The position numbers and the translations under genes are program-made. From NCBI GenBank assembly GCA_965612795.1, contig CBFDTI010000013.1, forward strand, positions 1 to 22,479: a stretch of 22,479 nt of DNA, in the 5' to 3' direction. The stretch comes from an uncultured bacterium (lineage in GTDB: Bacteria; Hydrothermota; UBA3073; NMUJ01). Shown here piece by piece: positions 1 to 8,330 of the stretch (within the stretch, counting starts at the first letter, position 1; each line of letters begins with the position of its first letter). The notes beneath the pieces were generated by a model. The model saw only the letters and a program-made list of their open reading frames with translations. It searched no databases and was not told the DNA's origin.

Positions 1-30
1 ATTTGAAGCCTACCTATGAGGGATTGAAAA
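1..30 (+). CRISPR. Single CRISPR direct repeat, probably the terminal repeat of an array lying left of the window
   Basis: ATTTGAAGCCTACCTATGAGGGATTGAAAA matches the 30-nt GTTT..AGCCTACCTAT.AGGGATTGAAAC repeat family of thermophile type I-B/III systems, with an ATTGAAA(N) 3' handle. No further repeat follows after a spacer-length gap, and no cas genes are in the window. Confidence 0.75.
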
Positions 31-36
31 CAAGTG

Positions 37-63
37 TTGACATTTGAATATCTGAGTTATATC
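37..63 (+). promoter_or_regulatory. Putative promoter for the asparagine synthetase gene
   Basis: TTGACA (37-42), 15 nt, TATATC (58-63); same geometry as other intergenic sites in the window. Confidence 0.5.
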
Positions 64-177
64 AAAACTTGAAATGGTAAAGTTTAAAAAGCCTGTGCTA
101 AATCGCCTTTATAATTTCCTCAATAATAACCCCTAAGATAAGGGGATTTCCTTAGAGTTGAAGAAGGGGGGTCCCTC

Positions 178-1011
178 ATGGAGGAGAAAGTCAAGGGGTG
201 TATAATTACATCGAAGGTGCTCAAATGGGCGAGAAGGTTTCTTGAGGAAAAAGGGTTTATGGAGATACTTCCTCTTATTCTCACAAAATTATCCGACCCT
301 TTATTACAAGTGGAATACGCGAGAGCCCAAATAGGTGATAGAGAATTTCTCCTTACGACAAGTATGATCTTTCAAAAACAGATTTTAATGAATTACTTCG
401 AAAAAATATTCATAGTTTCCCCAAATATTCGGATTGAAAAAGAGTCTCCCCATCATCTTATAGAGTTTGTTCAGATTGATGTGGAAATAAGGAACGCAGG
501 AAGAGAAAGCGTGTTATCCTTTATAGAGGATTTTTTGATTTATATAATTTCAAAAGTTAAAGAGGAGATTCCACACCTTGTAAAAGTATCGGTGCCCAAA
601 AAACCTTTTAAAAGAATTACGGTACTTGAGATGAAAGAGAATTTTGGAGATATGCTGAATTTCTCAAAAAGCATAGAAGAGCCTCACTTTCTTATTGATT
701 TTTTGGAAAAAGAACGAGAATTTTACGATAAAGAAGATCCTGAAAGAAGAGGCATTTTATTGGATTACGACCTTATCTACCCGTTTGGTTTTGGAGAGGG
801 GCTTTCAGGAGGGGAAAGAGAATATGAGTATCACAAAATAGTTGAGAGAATAAGAAGAAAAGGTATCCCTTTAGAGATTTTTAAAGAATATTTAGAATAT
901 GCAAAGGAAGGGTTTTATCCTTCGGCAGGATTTGGATTGGGAGTCGAGAGGCTCGTGAAATACTTGGGAGGGTTTGATGAGATTAAAAAGGCAAGATTTT
1001 TTATTTATTAA
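178..1011 (+). CDS. asnA: Archaeal-type asparagine synthetase A (AsnRS catalytic-domain paralog lacking the anticodon-binding domain)
   Basis: 277 aa class II aaRS core only: motif 2-like SPNIRIEK..HLIEFVQIDVE, REFYD, EGLSGGEREYEY, motif 3 SAGFGLGVERL. No N-terminal OB fold. Purine-rich SD-like GAAGGGGGG upstream. Confidence 0.85.
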   Translation: MEEKVKGCIITSKVLKWARRFLEEKGFMEILPLILTKLSDPLLQVEYARAQIGDREFLLTTSMIFQKQILMNYFEKIFIVSPNIRIEKESPHHLIEFVQIDVEIRNAGRESVLSFIEDFLIYIISKVKEEIPHLVKVSVPKKPFKRITVLEMKENFGDMLNFSKSIEEPHFLIDFLEKEREFYDKEDPERRGILLDYDLIYPFGFGEGLSGGEREYEYHKIVERIRRKGIPLEIFKEYLEYAKEGFYPSAGFGLGVERLVKYLGGFDEIKKARFFIY

Positions 1012-1190
1012 ATCTTACATTATCTTTGCATAAGGTATATATGGCTCGCTTCTTTTTATCAACTGAATATAGCACAACAGAATGGTACCCAACAAACACC
1101 CTGTAACTACAGACCCCATTTTAACATCTTCCCCTCCTTTTATGTAGCTTCAGCGTCCGGCTTCTAATCGAAGAAACGAAACCAGTGCCA

Positions 1191-1221
1191 ATTGAAAGAA
1201 CCTACTTATGAGGGGTGAAAG
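1191..1221 (+). repeat. Degenerate solitary CRISPR repeat-like copy
   Basis: 1201-1214 CCTACTTATGAGGG is 13/14 identical to 9-22 CCTACCTATGAGGG and is followed by GTGAAAG (cf. ATTGAAAA). 5' end ATTGAAAGAA versus ATTTGAAG. Confidence 0.6.
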
Positions 1222-1304
1222 CTAAGATCCGGAGTAGCAAGTAGATTAAACTAAAATTCGGGGGAACGTTGCATTTCGAGCATAAAGCACGATATTAAAA
1301 AGAC

Positions 1305-2702
1305 ATGATGACCGCCAAGCGTAGTGAAGCGGGCGACTTGAGTGGTATCAAACCGCTCCAATACACTCTCATCATCGACATATCGATCGACAATAAGCTC
1401 CTAAAAGCAGAGAGCAGGATAAAGCTGCTGAACGCTGGTGCTGAACCTGTGGATAGATTTCAACTGCTGTTGAATAGAGGGTTGAATGTTACGGCCATCG
1501 AATACGATAAGGGTGACGTATCGTTTACGCAGAGACGGGACGGGTTTACGGATTTAAAGGAAATGGTGGTGAACATTGTTGATGTGCTTCTTGGTAAGCC
1601 ATTGAAGGGTGGCGATACCGTCAGTATGCATGTAACGTATGAGGGTGAAATAAGCAGTTACGAAGATATCTTTGCCTACATAAAGGACAGGATAAGCGAA
1701 GAGTATACGCTTATCAGAACCGATGCTTTCTCGTATCCCATTCTGGGGGTTATGGAGTTCAAGAGACTGATCTCATTAATCCCCCAACAGCGGGTCGGTT
1801 TTGAGCTCAAGGTAAGGGTACCGACGGGATACAAAGTAGCTAATGTTGGTAAACTCTTGAGTTATGTGGAAGCCGATGATAAAGTAACGTTTACCTATGC
1901 AAGTAAGCTACCCAGCTGGAGGATAGACATAGCGGTTTCAGAATTCAACCTGCTATCAGATGAAGAGCTCGACCTACATGTGTTTGCACTTGAAGCCGAC
2001 CATGTACATGCAGAAAGGATCCTACGTGAGTTGATGCGATGTTTGAGGTTTTATAGGGGTTGGTTCGGTGACCCAGGTCGTTGGGCAGGCTACACGGTTA
2101 TAGAGGTACCGGAGGGTTGGGGTAGCCAGGCAGATGTCACTGGGATGCTATTGGAGGCCAAAAGCTTTAGGGATGGACAAAGGGTTGAGTCACTTTACCA
2201 CGAGCTGGCACATCTGTGGAACGTCACTTCTGGTGAGAGGATACCATCCAGGTTTCTTGATGAGGGGTTTGCTACGTATTTACAGCTATTGGCAGTAAGG
2301 GAGTTCTTTGGTGAGGATATATTCAAGGAGAAGCTGGATAAGTTCAGACAACGAGCTGTGAAGATGGCCGAGGATAACCCCATCCTTCTTGAAATCCCGG
2401 TAGCCAGCTACGGTGAACATGGTGCAACTGATGCATCCTATTTCGTGGGTGCATGGATATTATACATTCTACACAGGATTGTAGGGGATAGGTGCTTTAG
2501 AGATACCATCAGAACATTCCTCAAACGCTACAGTAATAAACCAGCAACCTTAGAGGATTTCAAACAAACCGTACTTAATACCTGCGGTACGAAAGTTGAC
2601 AAATTGCTTAACGAATGGCTATTCGGGAACAAAGCCATACAGTACTTAAAGCAGAACACCCCAGTAGAGGAGCTATTGGAAATCTATGGACCCCATATGT
2701 AG
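1305..2702 (+). CDS. M1-like (gluzincin) zinc metallopeptidase
   Basis: HELAH zinc motif followed by FLDEGFATY; SYFVGAWILYILHRIVGD..F resembles the M1 Y-x-K-G..L..L...GD..F segment; N-terminal beta domain; no signal peptide. Confidence 0.8.
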   Translation: MMTAKRSEAGDLSGIKPLQYTLIIDISIDNKLLKAESRIKLLNAGAEPVDRFQLLLNRGLNVTAIEYDKGDVSFTQRRDGFTDLKEMVVNIVDVLLGKPLKGGDTVSMHVTYEGEISSYEDIFAYIKDRISEEYTLIRTDAFSYPILGVMEFKRLISLIPQQRVGFELKVRVPTGYKVANVGKLLSYVEADDKVTFTYASKLPSWRIDIAVSEFNLLSDEELDLHVFALEADHVHAERILRELMRCLRFYRGWFGDPGRWAGYTVIEVPEGWGSQADVTGMLLEAKSFRDGQRVESLYHELAHLWNVTSGERIPSRFLDEGFATYLQLLAVREFFGEDIFKEKLDKFRQRAVKMAEDNPILLEIPVASYGEHGATDASYFVGAWILYILHRIVGDRCFRDTIRTFLKRYSNKPATLEDFKQTVLNTCGTKVDKLLNEWLFGNKAIQYLKQNTPVEELLEIYGPHM

Positions 2703-2747
2703 ATGGATTATATACAGGGGCGGAACCAATAACTGAATGTGGGTGTA

Positions 2748-2933
2748 ATGAACTGTGGGATATTCTTCTGGTTTGTCCTCTCGGTGCTTGTAGGTTGCTA
2801 CTGGGCCAGCAAAGGGCGTAGTTTCATCGGTGGGTTACTGCTCAGTATGTTGCTTTCACCACCTATTGGCTTGATCATCGGTGCAATACTTAAGCCTGAC
2901 ATCGAGGGGGACGACGATGAGCTAGATGGATGA
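2748..2933 (+). CDS. Small membrane protein (start ATG 2748 or GTG 2739)
   Basis: Two hydrophobic segments around KGRS..G.LLS.LLSPPIGLII, with an acidic tail; ends 1 nt from the convergent gene's stop. Confidence 0.65.
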   Translation: MNCGIFFWFVLSVLVGCYWASKGRSFIGGLLLSMLLSPPIGLIIGAILKPDIEGDDDELDG

Positions 2934-2934
2934 C

Positions 2935-3717
2935 TCAATCACCTGCAAGTGGGAACACCACAGCGATGTTGGAGTGTATGATCAGATCAGCCAGCCCACG
3001 TGCATCCGACGAGTACGTACCTGCTATATCGATCGATATATTGGAGCTGAACCAGAACCTTATCCCCACAAGGATTATGTCGAACGGTTCCAGCTTTATC
3101 TCCGGATAGTAAAGGAGCTTCGGTAACCGTCCATATTCGACGATAAGCTTGACGTCTTCCTTGAGCTGCGAGCTCAACCCCAAACTGCCACCAATAAATA
3201 GTGGATGGTTTTCACGTTCTTCACCGGTCTCGTACACGCTGCGCATCCTGTAATCACCGACGAAAAGGTTAAGGTATAACCGATAATCCTCTAACTTGTA
3301 ATTACCCAACAGCGATATTGAGCCGTACTTCATGAAATATGAATACATGCCAGCACCCGCCCATGCACCTGCTTCCCCTGCTTGCAGGTAGTAGCTTTTG
3401 GTTTGCTCACCGAACGGTGACGATTTGAGCATGATGGTTAAATACCGGTGTAGCCGTATCTTGAGTGCGGTCGCTGGTACATTCAGTATGCCACCCATCA
3501 GGTTGGTGAAAAACCCACTTATGCTTAATTCGATCTCACCTATGTCACCGAGACCAAAGTTTATGCTACCGATAAGAAACTTATCCCCAAACCTGTACGT
3601 GGCGCTACCACCTGATATGGATAGGTAACGGCTTGGCAATATATCCGATGTTGGGGTTAAGAACAGGCGTGAAGGTTCATAATTTGTTAACCCAAATAAG
3701 ATGAGCCATCCAACCAT
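2935..3717 (-). CDS. Exported, probable outer-membrane beta-barrel protein (YjbH-like N-terminus)
   Basis: SD AAAAGGGGG before ATG 3717 (better than track start 3819); short hydrophobic N-terminus, LFLTPTSDIL motif, alternating aromatic/Gly beta-strand pattern. Confidence 0.6.
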   Translation of the reverse strand: MVGWLILFGLTNYEPSRLFLTPTSDILPSRYLSISGGSATYRFGDKFLIGSINFGLGDIGEIELSISGFFTNLMGGILNVPATALKIRLHRYLTIMLKSSPFGEQTKSYYLQAGEAGAWAGAGMYSYFMKYGSISLLGNYKLEDYRLYLNLFVGDYRMRSVYETGEERENHPLFIGGSLGLSSQLKEDVKLIVEYGRLPKLLYYPEIKLEPFDIILVGIRFWFSSNISIDIAGTYSSDARGLADLIIHSNIAVVFPLAGD

Positions 3718-3735
3718 ACCACCCCCTTTTAAACA

Positions 3736-3797
3736 AGGATATGTGCAAACATCGTGGGTCAACACAATTCTTGACATTCGGTTTATTTCAGTATAAA
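3736..3797. promoter_or_regulatory. Back-to-back divergent promoters
   Basis: Minus: TTGACC (3762-3757)-15 nt-TATCCT (3741-3736). Plus: TTGACA (3771-3776)-15 nt-TATAAA (3792-3797), 9 nt before the Nudix ATG. Confidence 0.55.
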
Positions 3798-3806
3798 TCA
3801 TAGCAT

Positions 3807-4220
3807 ATGAGGCAACCAAGGCTTACCGTCGATATTATAATTGAATTGCCAGCTGGTATTGTGTTGGTGGAACGCAAGAACCCACCTTATGGTTGGGCGA
3901 TACCGGGTGGGTTTGTCGAGTATGGTGAGACACTTGAAACCTGTGCGATACGTGAGGCAAAGGAAGAGACAGGGTTGGATATCTTCAACCTACGTCAGTT
4001 TCATGCATACTCGGATCCGGATCGTGATCCACGTGGACACACCATCACCGTGGTGTTTATCGCACAGGCAACTGGTACACCACATGCGGCGAGTGATGCC
4101 AAAAACGTGGGGGTATTCACAAAGGATAGCCTACCCGAGAATATAGCGTTCGACCATCGTAGGATACTGGAGGATTATTTCAACTGGAAAACCTACTGTG
4201 AGAGGAGGTTAACCCCCTGA
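3807..4220 (+). CDS. Nudix hydrolase
   Basis: Nudix box [24 protein letters not shown], plus RDPRGH and AFDH motifs. Confidence 0.95.
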   Translation: MRQPRLTVDIIIELPAGIVLVERKNPPYGWAIPGGFVEYGETLETCAIREAKEETGLDIFNLRQFHAYSDPDRDPRGHTITVVFIAQATGTPHAASDAKNVGVFTKDSLPENIAFDHRRILEDYFNWKTYCERRLTP

Positions 4221-5668
4221 TGCCTATATTTGAAGGTGAACACGAACGTTCGCGGTTGGAGAAACTCAACCGCTGGAAAGCATTGGGTGTTAACCCCTAC
4301 GCGTATGGGTTTGAGCGTACCCATACGACAGATGAGGTGAAATCTAACTACGAGCAGCTCCATAACGCAGGTACCCAGGTGCGGGTGGCTGGCCGCATAG
4401 TGGGGTTGAGGTTTCATGGTGGTAGTACGTTTGCACATATACAGGATAGGGAGGGTAAGCTACAGATATACCTGAAACGCGATATACTGGGGGAAGATAT
4501 CTATGGTAGGGTGAAGCTACTCGATATCGGCGATATAATAGGGGTGGAGGGTGAGGTATTCACCACGAAGACAGGTGAGATAACCGTGTTAGTACGTAAG
4601 TTCTGGTTGCTGACTAAGTCATTACATCCATTACCCGAGAAGTGGCACGGTCTACGTGATATAGAGTTACGTTACAGGCAACGTTATATCGACCTTATCG
4701 TCAACCCTGACGTCAGACGTATCTTTTGCACCCGTATGCGGATAATTAATGAGATACGTGATTTCCTCAACCAACGTGGTTATATAGAGGTGGAAACCCC
4801 CATACTTCAACCCATATACGGAGGGGCGTTCGCTAACCCATTTGCAACACATTACGAGGCGCTCGACCAACCCGTATACCTGAGGATATCGAACGAACTC
4901 TACCTGAAACGCTTGATAGTTGGTGAGCTTGAGAAAGTTTACGAGATAGGTAGGATGTTCAGGAACGAGGGTATGGATCGGCTACATAATCCTGAGTTTA
5001 CGTCGATCGAAATCTACGAAGCGTATACGGATTATGAGGGGATGATGAGGCTAACAGAGGAGCTGCTCACACATGTTGTACAGAAGGTAAAGGGTAAGCT
5101 CACACTTACGTATCAGGGTAAGGAGATAGATTTCACCCCTCCATGGGCAAGGGTTACGTTTTTTGATGCACTCCACCAGTACACCGGTAAGGATTTCAGC
5201 AAGCTTACAGCGGACGAAATAGTCAGCACCGGCAAGGAGCTCGGCATAAAGGTGCAACCCCACTGGCCACCGGGTAAGGTGTTGGAGAAGCTACTCGACA
5301 AGTATGTAGCACCTAACCTGCAGAACCCTACCTTTATCTACGATTATCCACGTGATATATCGCCGTTGGCGAAATCCAAACGCGATGGCTCCAACCTCGT
5401 GGAGCGGTTCGAAATCTTCATCGCAGGTTTGGAGATAGGTAATGCATTCAGTGAGTTGAACGACCCACAGGAACAGTATCAGCGGTTTGTGGAACAACAA
5501 TCCTACAAAGCTGAGGGCCAGATTATGGATGAAGATTTTATACATGCACTTAAGGTGGGTATGCCACCTACGGGTGGGTTGGGGTTAGGTATCGACCGTA
5601 TCGTGATGATACTTGTGGACGTACCCTCCATACGTGATGTGATGCTATTCCCCCACATGAGGCAATAA
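4220..5668 (+). CDS. lysS: Lysine--tRNA ligase, class II
   Basis: OB fold (VAGRI..R..G), PLPEKWHGLRDIELRYRQRY, FRNEGMDRLHNPEFT, GMPPTGGLGLGIDR; TGATG coupling to the upstream gene. Confidence 0.98.
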   Translation: MPIFEGEHERSRLEKLNRWKALGVNPYAYGFERTHTTDEVKSNYEQLHNAGTQVRVAGRIVGLRFHGGSTFAHIQDREGKLQIYLKRDILGEDIYGRVKLLDIGDIIGVEGEVFTTKTGEITVLVRKFWLLTKSLHPLPEKWHGLRDIELRYRQRYIDLIVNPDVRRIFCTRMRIINEIRDFLNQRGYIEVETPILQPIYGGAFANPFATHYEALDQPVYLRISNELYLKRLIVGELEKVYEIGRMFRNEGMDRLHNPEFTSIEIYEAYTDYEGMMRLTEELLTHVVQKVKGKLTLTYQGKEIDFTPPWARVTFFDALHQYTGKDFSKLTADEIVSTGKELGIKVQPHWPPGKVLEKLLDKYVAPNLQNPTFIYDYPRDISPLAKSKRDGSNLVERFEIFIAGLEIGNAFSELNDPQEQYQRFVEQQSYKAEGQIMDEDFIHALKVGMPPTGGLGLGIDRIVMILVDVPSIRDVMLFPHMRQ

Positions 5669-6846
5669 TGTCGGTGATACTGTTTTTGTCCAAACGCCAT
5701 CTGCTTAAGGGTAGCAGTGTTTTCCACAAGCTTGTTATAGGGGTGGCTGTTGGTGGTATAACGCTGGGGGTGGCTGCCCTTATAGTGGTGCTGTCGGTAA
5801 TGAATGGCTTCCATAAGGAGGTCGAATCACGCATATTGCGGGCGACACCCCATATTATGGTGACACGGTTTTATCACCAACCGATAGGGGATTACCGTAC
5901 ACTTATGGAGAGGGTGCGAAACTTCCACGGGGTGGCGGATGTCGAACCTATTGTCGATTTCAAGGCTATACTGCGTGAGGATGAAAACATGGAGGGTGTT
6001 GTCGTGCAGGGGGTGGTGGAGCCACCTACCTGTACGGTGGTGAGTGGCGATTCTATCCCCGGTGAGGGTATCCTCATAGGTAAAGTACTATCTGACGTGC
6101 TGGGTATATACGTAGGTGATACAGTTGAACTGTGGGGTGTTAAAAGTGGCCAACATGCGCGCTTCTTTAAGAAGCAGCTGACAGTGACTGGTGTGTTCGA
6201 TATGGGGTTGTACGAACCCAATGCATCGTTGACGTTGATATCACTTGGTTCGGCACAGCGGATGCTCGGTATCGGTGATGCGGTCACTCAGCTTAAAGTT
6301 GAGCTCACCAATCCATTCGAGGCACATGAAGTAGCCAAACGTATGCAACGTACGATAGGGTATCCGTACTTCTTTCTCACGTGGATAGATGCGAATGCAA
6401 ACTTGTTTGCTGCACTTAAGCTGGAGAAGCTGACAATGTTTATACTGTTGTTACTCATAATAGTGGTGGCGGCATTCGCAGTTGCTGCTATATTGATGAT
6501 GATGGTGGTACGTAAGACACGTGAGATAGGTGTGCTACGGGCGTTGGGTATGACCAAGGATCGCATACGGCGGTTGTTCATACTTGAAGGGCTATGGCTT
6601 GGTATCGCAGGTGTGGTGTTGGGCAATATTGTTGGGTTATTATTATGCTATCTTCTGGGTAAGTACAGGTTTATACATCTGCCGCCTGAAATTTATAGTA
6701 TACAGTACTTGCCGGTGGCGGTGGAGCCGTTCGATGTATTCTGGGTGTCAGCGCTCACGTTGTTGTTGGCATTACTTGCATCAATATATCCTGCGCAGCG
6801 GGCGGCTTCGTTGATGCCAGCCGAAGCCATAAGATATGCAGAATAG
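5668..6846 (+). CDS. lolE: Lipoprotein-releasing ABC transporter permease LolC/E
   Basis: GITLGVAALIVVLSVMNGF, NLFAALKLEK, KTREIGVLRALG, YPAQRAA..PAEAIRY; typical position after lysS. Confidence 0.92.
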   Translation: MSVILFLSKRHLLKGSSVFHKLVIGVAVGGITLGVAALIVVLSVMNGFHKEVESRILRATPHIMVTRFYHQPIGDYRTLMERVRNFHGVADVEPIVDFKAILREDENMEGVVVQGVVEPPTCTVVSGDSIPGEGILIGKVLSDVLGIYVGDTVELWGVKSGQHARFFKKQLTVTGVFDMGLYEPNASLTLISLGSAQRMLGIGDAVTQLKVELTNPFEAHEVAKRMQRTIGYPYFFLTWIDANANLFAALKLEKLTMFILLLLIIVVAAFAVAAILMMMVVRKTREIGVLRALGMTKDRIRRLFILEGLWLGIAGVVLGNIVGLLLCYLLGKYRFIHLPPEIYSIQYLPVAVEPFDVFWVSALTLLLALLASIYPAQRAASLMPAEAIRYAE

Positions 6847-6854
6847 GAGGTAAT

Positions 6855-8330
6855 ATGAAGCTGAAGTTGGAAAATGTTGACAAAATAAGTGATAAGCTCT
6901 ACAAGGGTAGGGCGAAGGAGTTTACGTTCCGTGTACCGGTTGTTGATGTGATGGATATTCTGTCGAGTTTGGGCAAAAAGCACCTACCGTGGAGTGACCG
7001 CCAAACCATAGGGCCACAACGTGGTATACCGTTGGTAATGTTTGTATCAAAGGATGGGCTTGCACGCTACAGTATAGGGACAATTGAACAGGGGTATGAA
7101 TTTACGCTTGAGGTGAGGTTGGACGAGGCTGCTGCCGAGTATGTGGTAAAATTTGAATACCGTGAACCGACGGAGGTTACTTTCTACGTGGGTGACGAAC
7201 CTGCACATTGGCAAGCGGTAGTCAATGACTATAGGGGATATGTGCGGGTTACGCCGATGAGGGCACCTGCAGCTGCTTATGAACCTACCTTCTGCTCGTG
7301 GTATGGTATACATCATCAGGTTAACCAGAAGTGGTCAATGGATGCGATGAGGTTGATGCATGAACTGGGTGTCAGCACCTACATTATTGATGATGGGTGG
7401 TTCTTCCCCGAAAAAGGTGAATGGGGTAGCTACGTGAAGACAGGTGATTGGCGGGTGGCACACGAGAAGTTTCACAACCTTAACGCTATGGTAGCTGATA
7501 TGCATGCCATGGGGTGTAGGGTATTGTTGTGGATAGCACCGTTTATGGTGGGTAAGGAGAGTAACACGTACAAGAGTATGGCAAAATATCTGCGTGGCCC
7601 TGAGAACCGTCAGGTGAGGTGGTTAACCACCAACGATGAGCAGGCATTGAACCACGTTGTGGATACGTGTGCGAGGTTGATCAATGATTACGGGATGGAT
7701 GGGTTGAAGCTCGACTTTATTGATAGCCTACCTTATGGTGAAGCGAATGGGTTAGGTACTTTCTACGAGAGGTTGAAGTCAATGTTCCCGGATAAGGTAT
7801 TTGAGTTACGTCAGATGTATGCAAATATCTTTGCATCACAGTATGGGATGATATTCCGTGGGGTGGATACGCCATTGGATTACTGGAGTAATTTATCCAA
7901 TATGATACTGTTACGTGCGTTTACACCTGAACCGCCACTACATATGGATTACCTGTACTGGCATTATGATGAGCATGAGGTTAACGTAGCACGCCATATG
8001 ATGGTGAGTATGTTCTTCATACCGACGTTTTCGTTCGATCCCATGAAGTTGAAACCCGCACATAAAGCGATCATCAGAAAGTGGTTGGATTTCTACAACG
8101 AACATCGTGATACGTTGCTTAATAAGGGGTTCAGGGTGCAGAAGTTAAATATTGTCGTGGGTGACAACAGTAAACAGATCGTGGGGTACTTCCAACCCGA
8201 TATCGTTGAGGTAGATGGTGCAGAAATCTACGTGTTGAATGGCAGTGAATCAGAAACTGTGATACTCAAGCGTGAAGGTGAGTACGAACTACATCGTGTA
8301 CCGATAGGTGAGTATAAGGTAGTGAAGTGA
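6855..8330 (+). CDS. Glycoside hydrolase family 36 (alpha-galactosidase-like)
   Basis: CSWY, IIDDGW, LWIAPF, GLKLDF (nucleophile Asp), FRGVD (candidate acid/base Asp); SD GGAGG at 6846-6850. Confidence 0.85.
   Translation: MKLKLENVDKISDKLYKGRAKEFTFRVPVVDVMDILSSLGKKHLPWSDRQTIGPQRGIPLVMFVSKDGLARYSIGTIEQGYEFTLEVRLDEAAAEYVVKFEYREPTEVTFYVGDEPAHWQAVVNDYRGYVRVTPMRAPAAAYEPTFCSWYGIHHQVNQKWSMDAMRLMHELGVSTYIIDDGWFFPEKGEWGSYVKTGDWRVAHEKFHNLNAMVADMHAMGCRVLLWIAPFMVGKESNTYKSMAKYLRGPENRQVRWLTTNDEQALNHVVDTCARLINDYGMDGLKLDFIDSLPYGEANGLGTFYERLKSMFPDKVFELRQMYANIFASQYGMIFRGVDTPLDYWSNLSNMILLRAFTPEPPLHMDYLYWHYDEHEVNVARHMMVSMFFIPTFSFDPMKLKPAHKAIIRKWLDFYNEHRDTLLNKGFRVQKLNIVVGDNSKQIVGYFQPDIVEVDGAEIYVLNGSESETVILKREGEYELHRVPIGEYKVVK

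Noticed and set aside
31..177. Continuation of the CRISPR array, or a T-box leader before asnA
   Set aside because: No repeat recurs at 60-70 nt periodicity (GTTTAAAAAGCCT at 82 is too weak), and no T-box GGTGGNACC motif is present.
178..1011. EpmA (PoxA) or a broken asnS
   Set aside because: GGEREYEY and REFYD motifs, an intact start and the length fit the archaeal-type asparagine synthetase better.
2926..3126. 66-aa plus-strand ORF, and other short track ORFs overlapping core genes (e.g. 3398-3628, 5892-6287, 11013-11456, 12458-12940)
   Set aside because: Antisense or alternate-frame shadows of well-supported genes, with no recognisable motifs.
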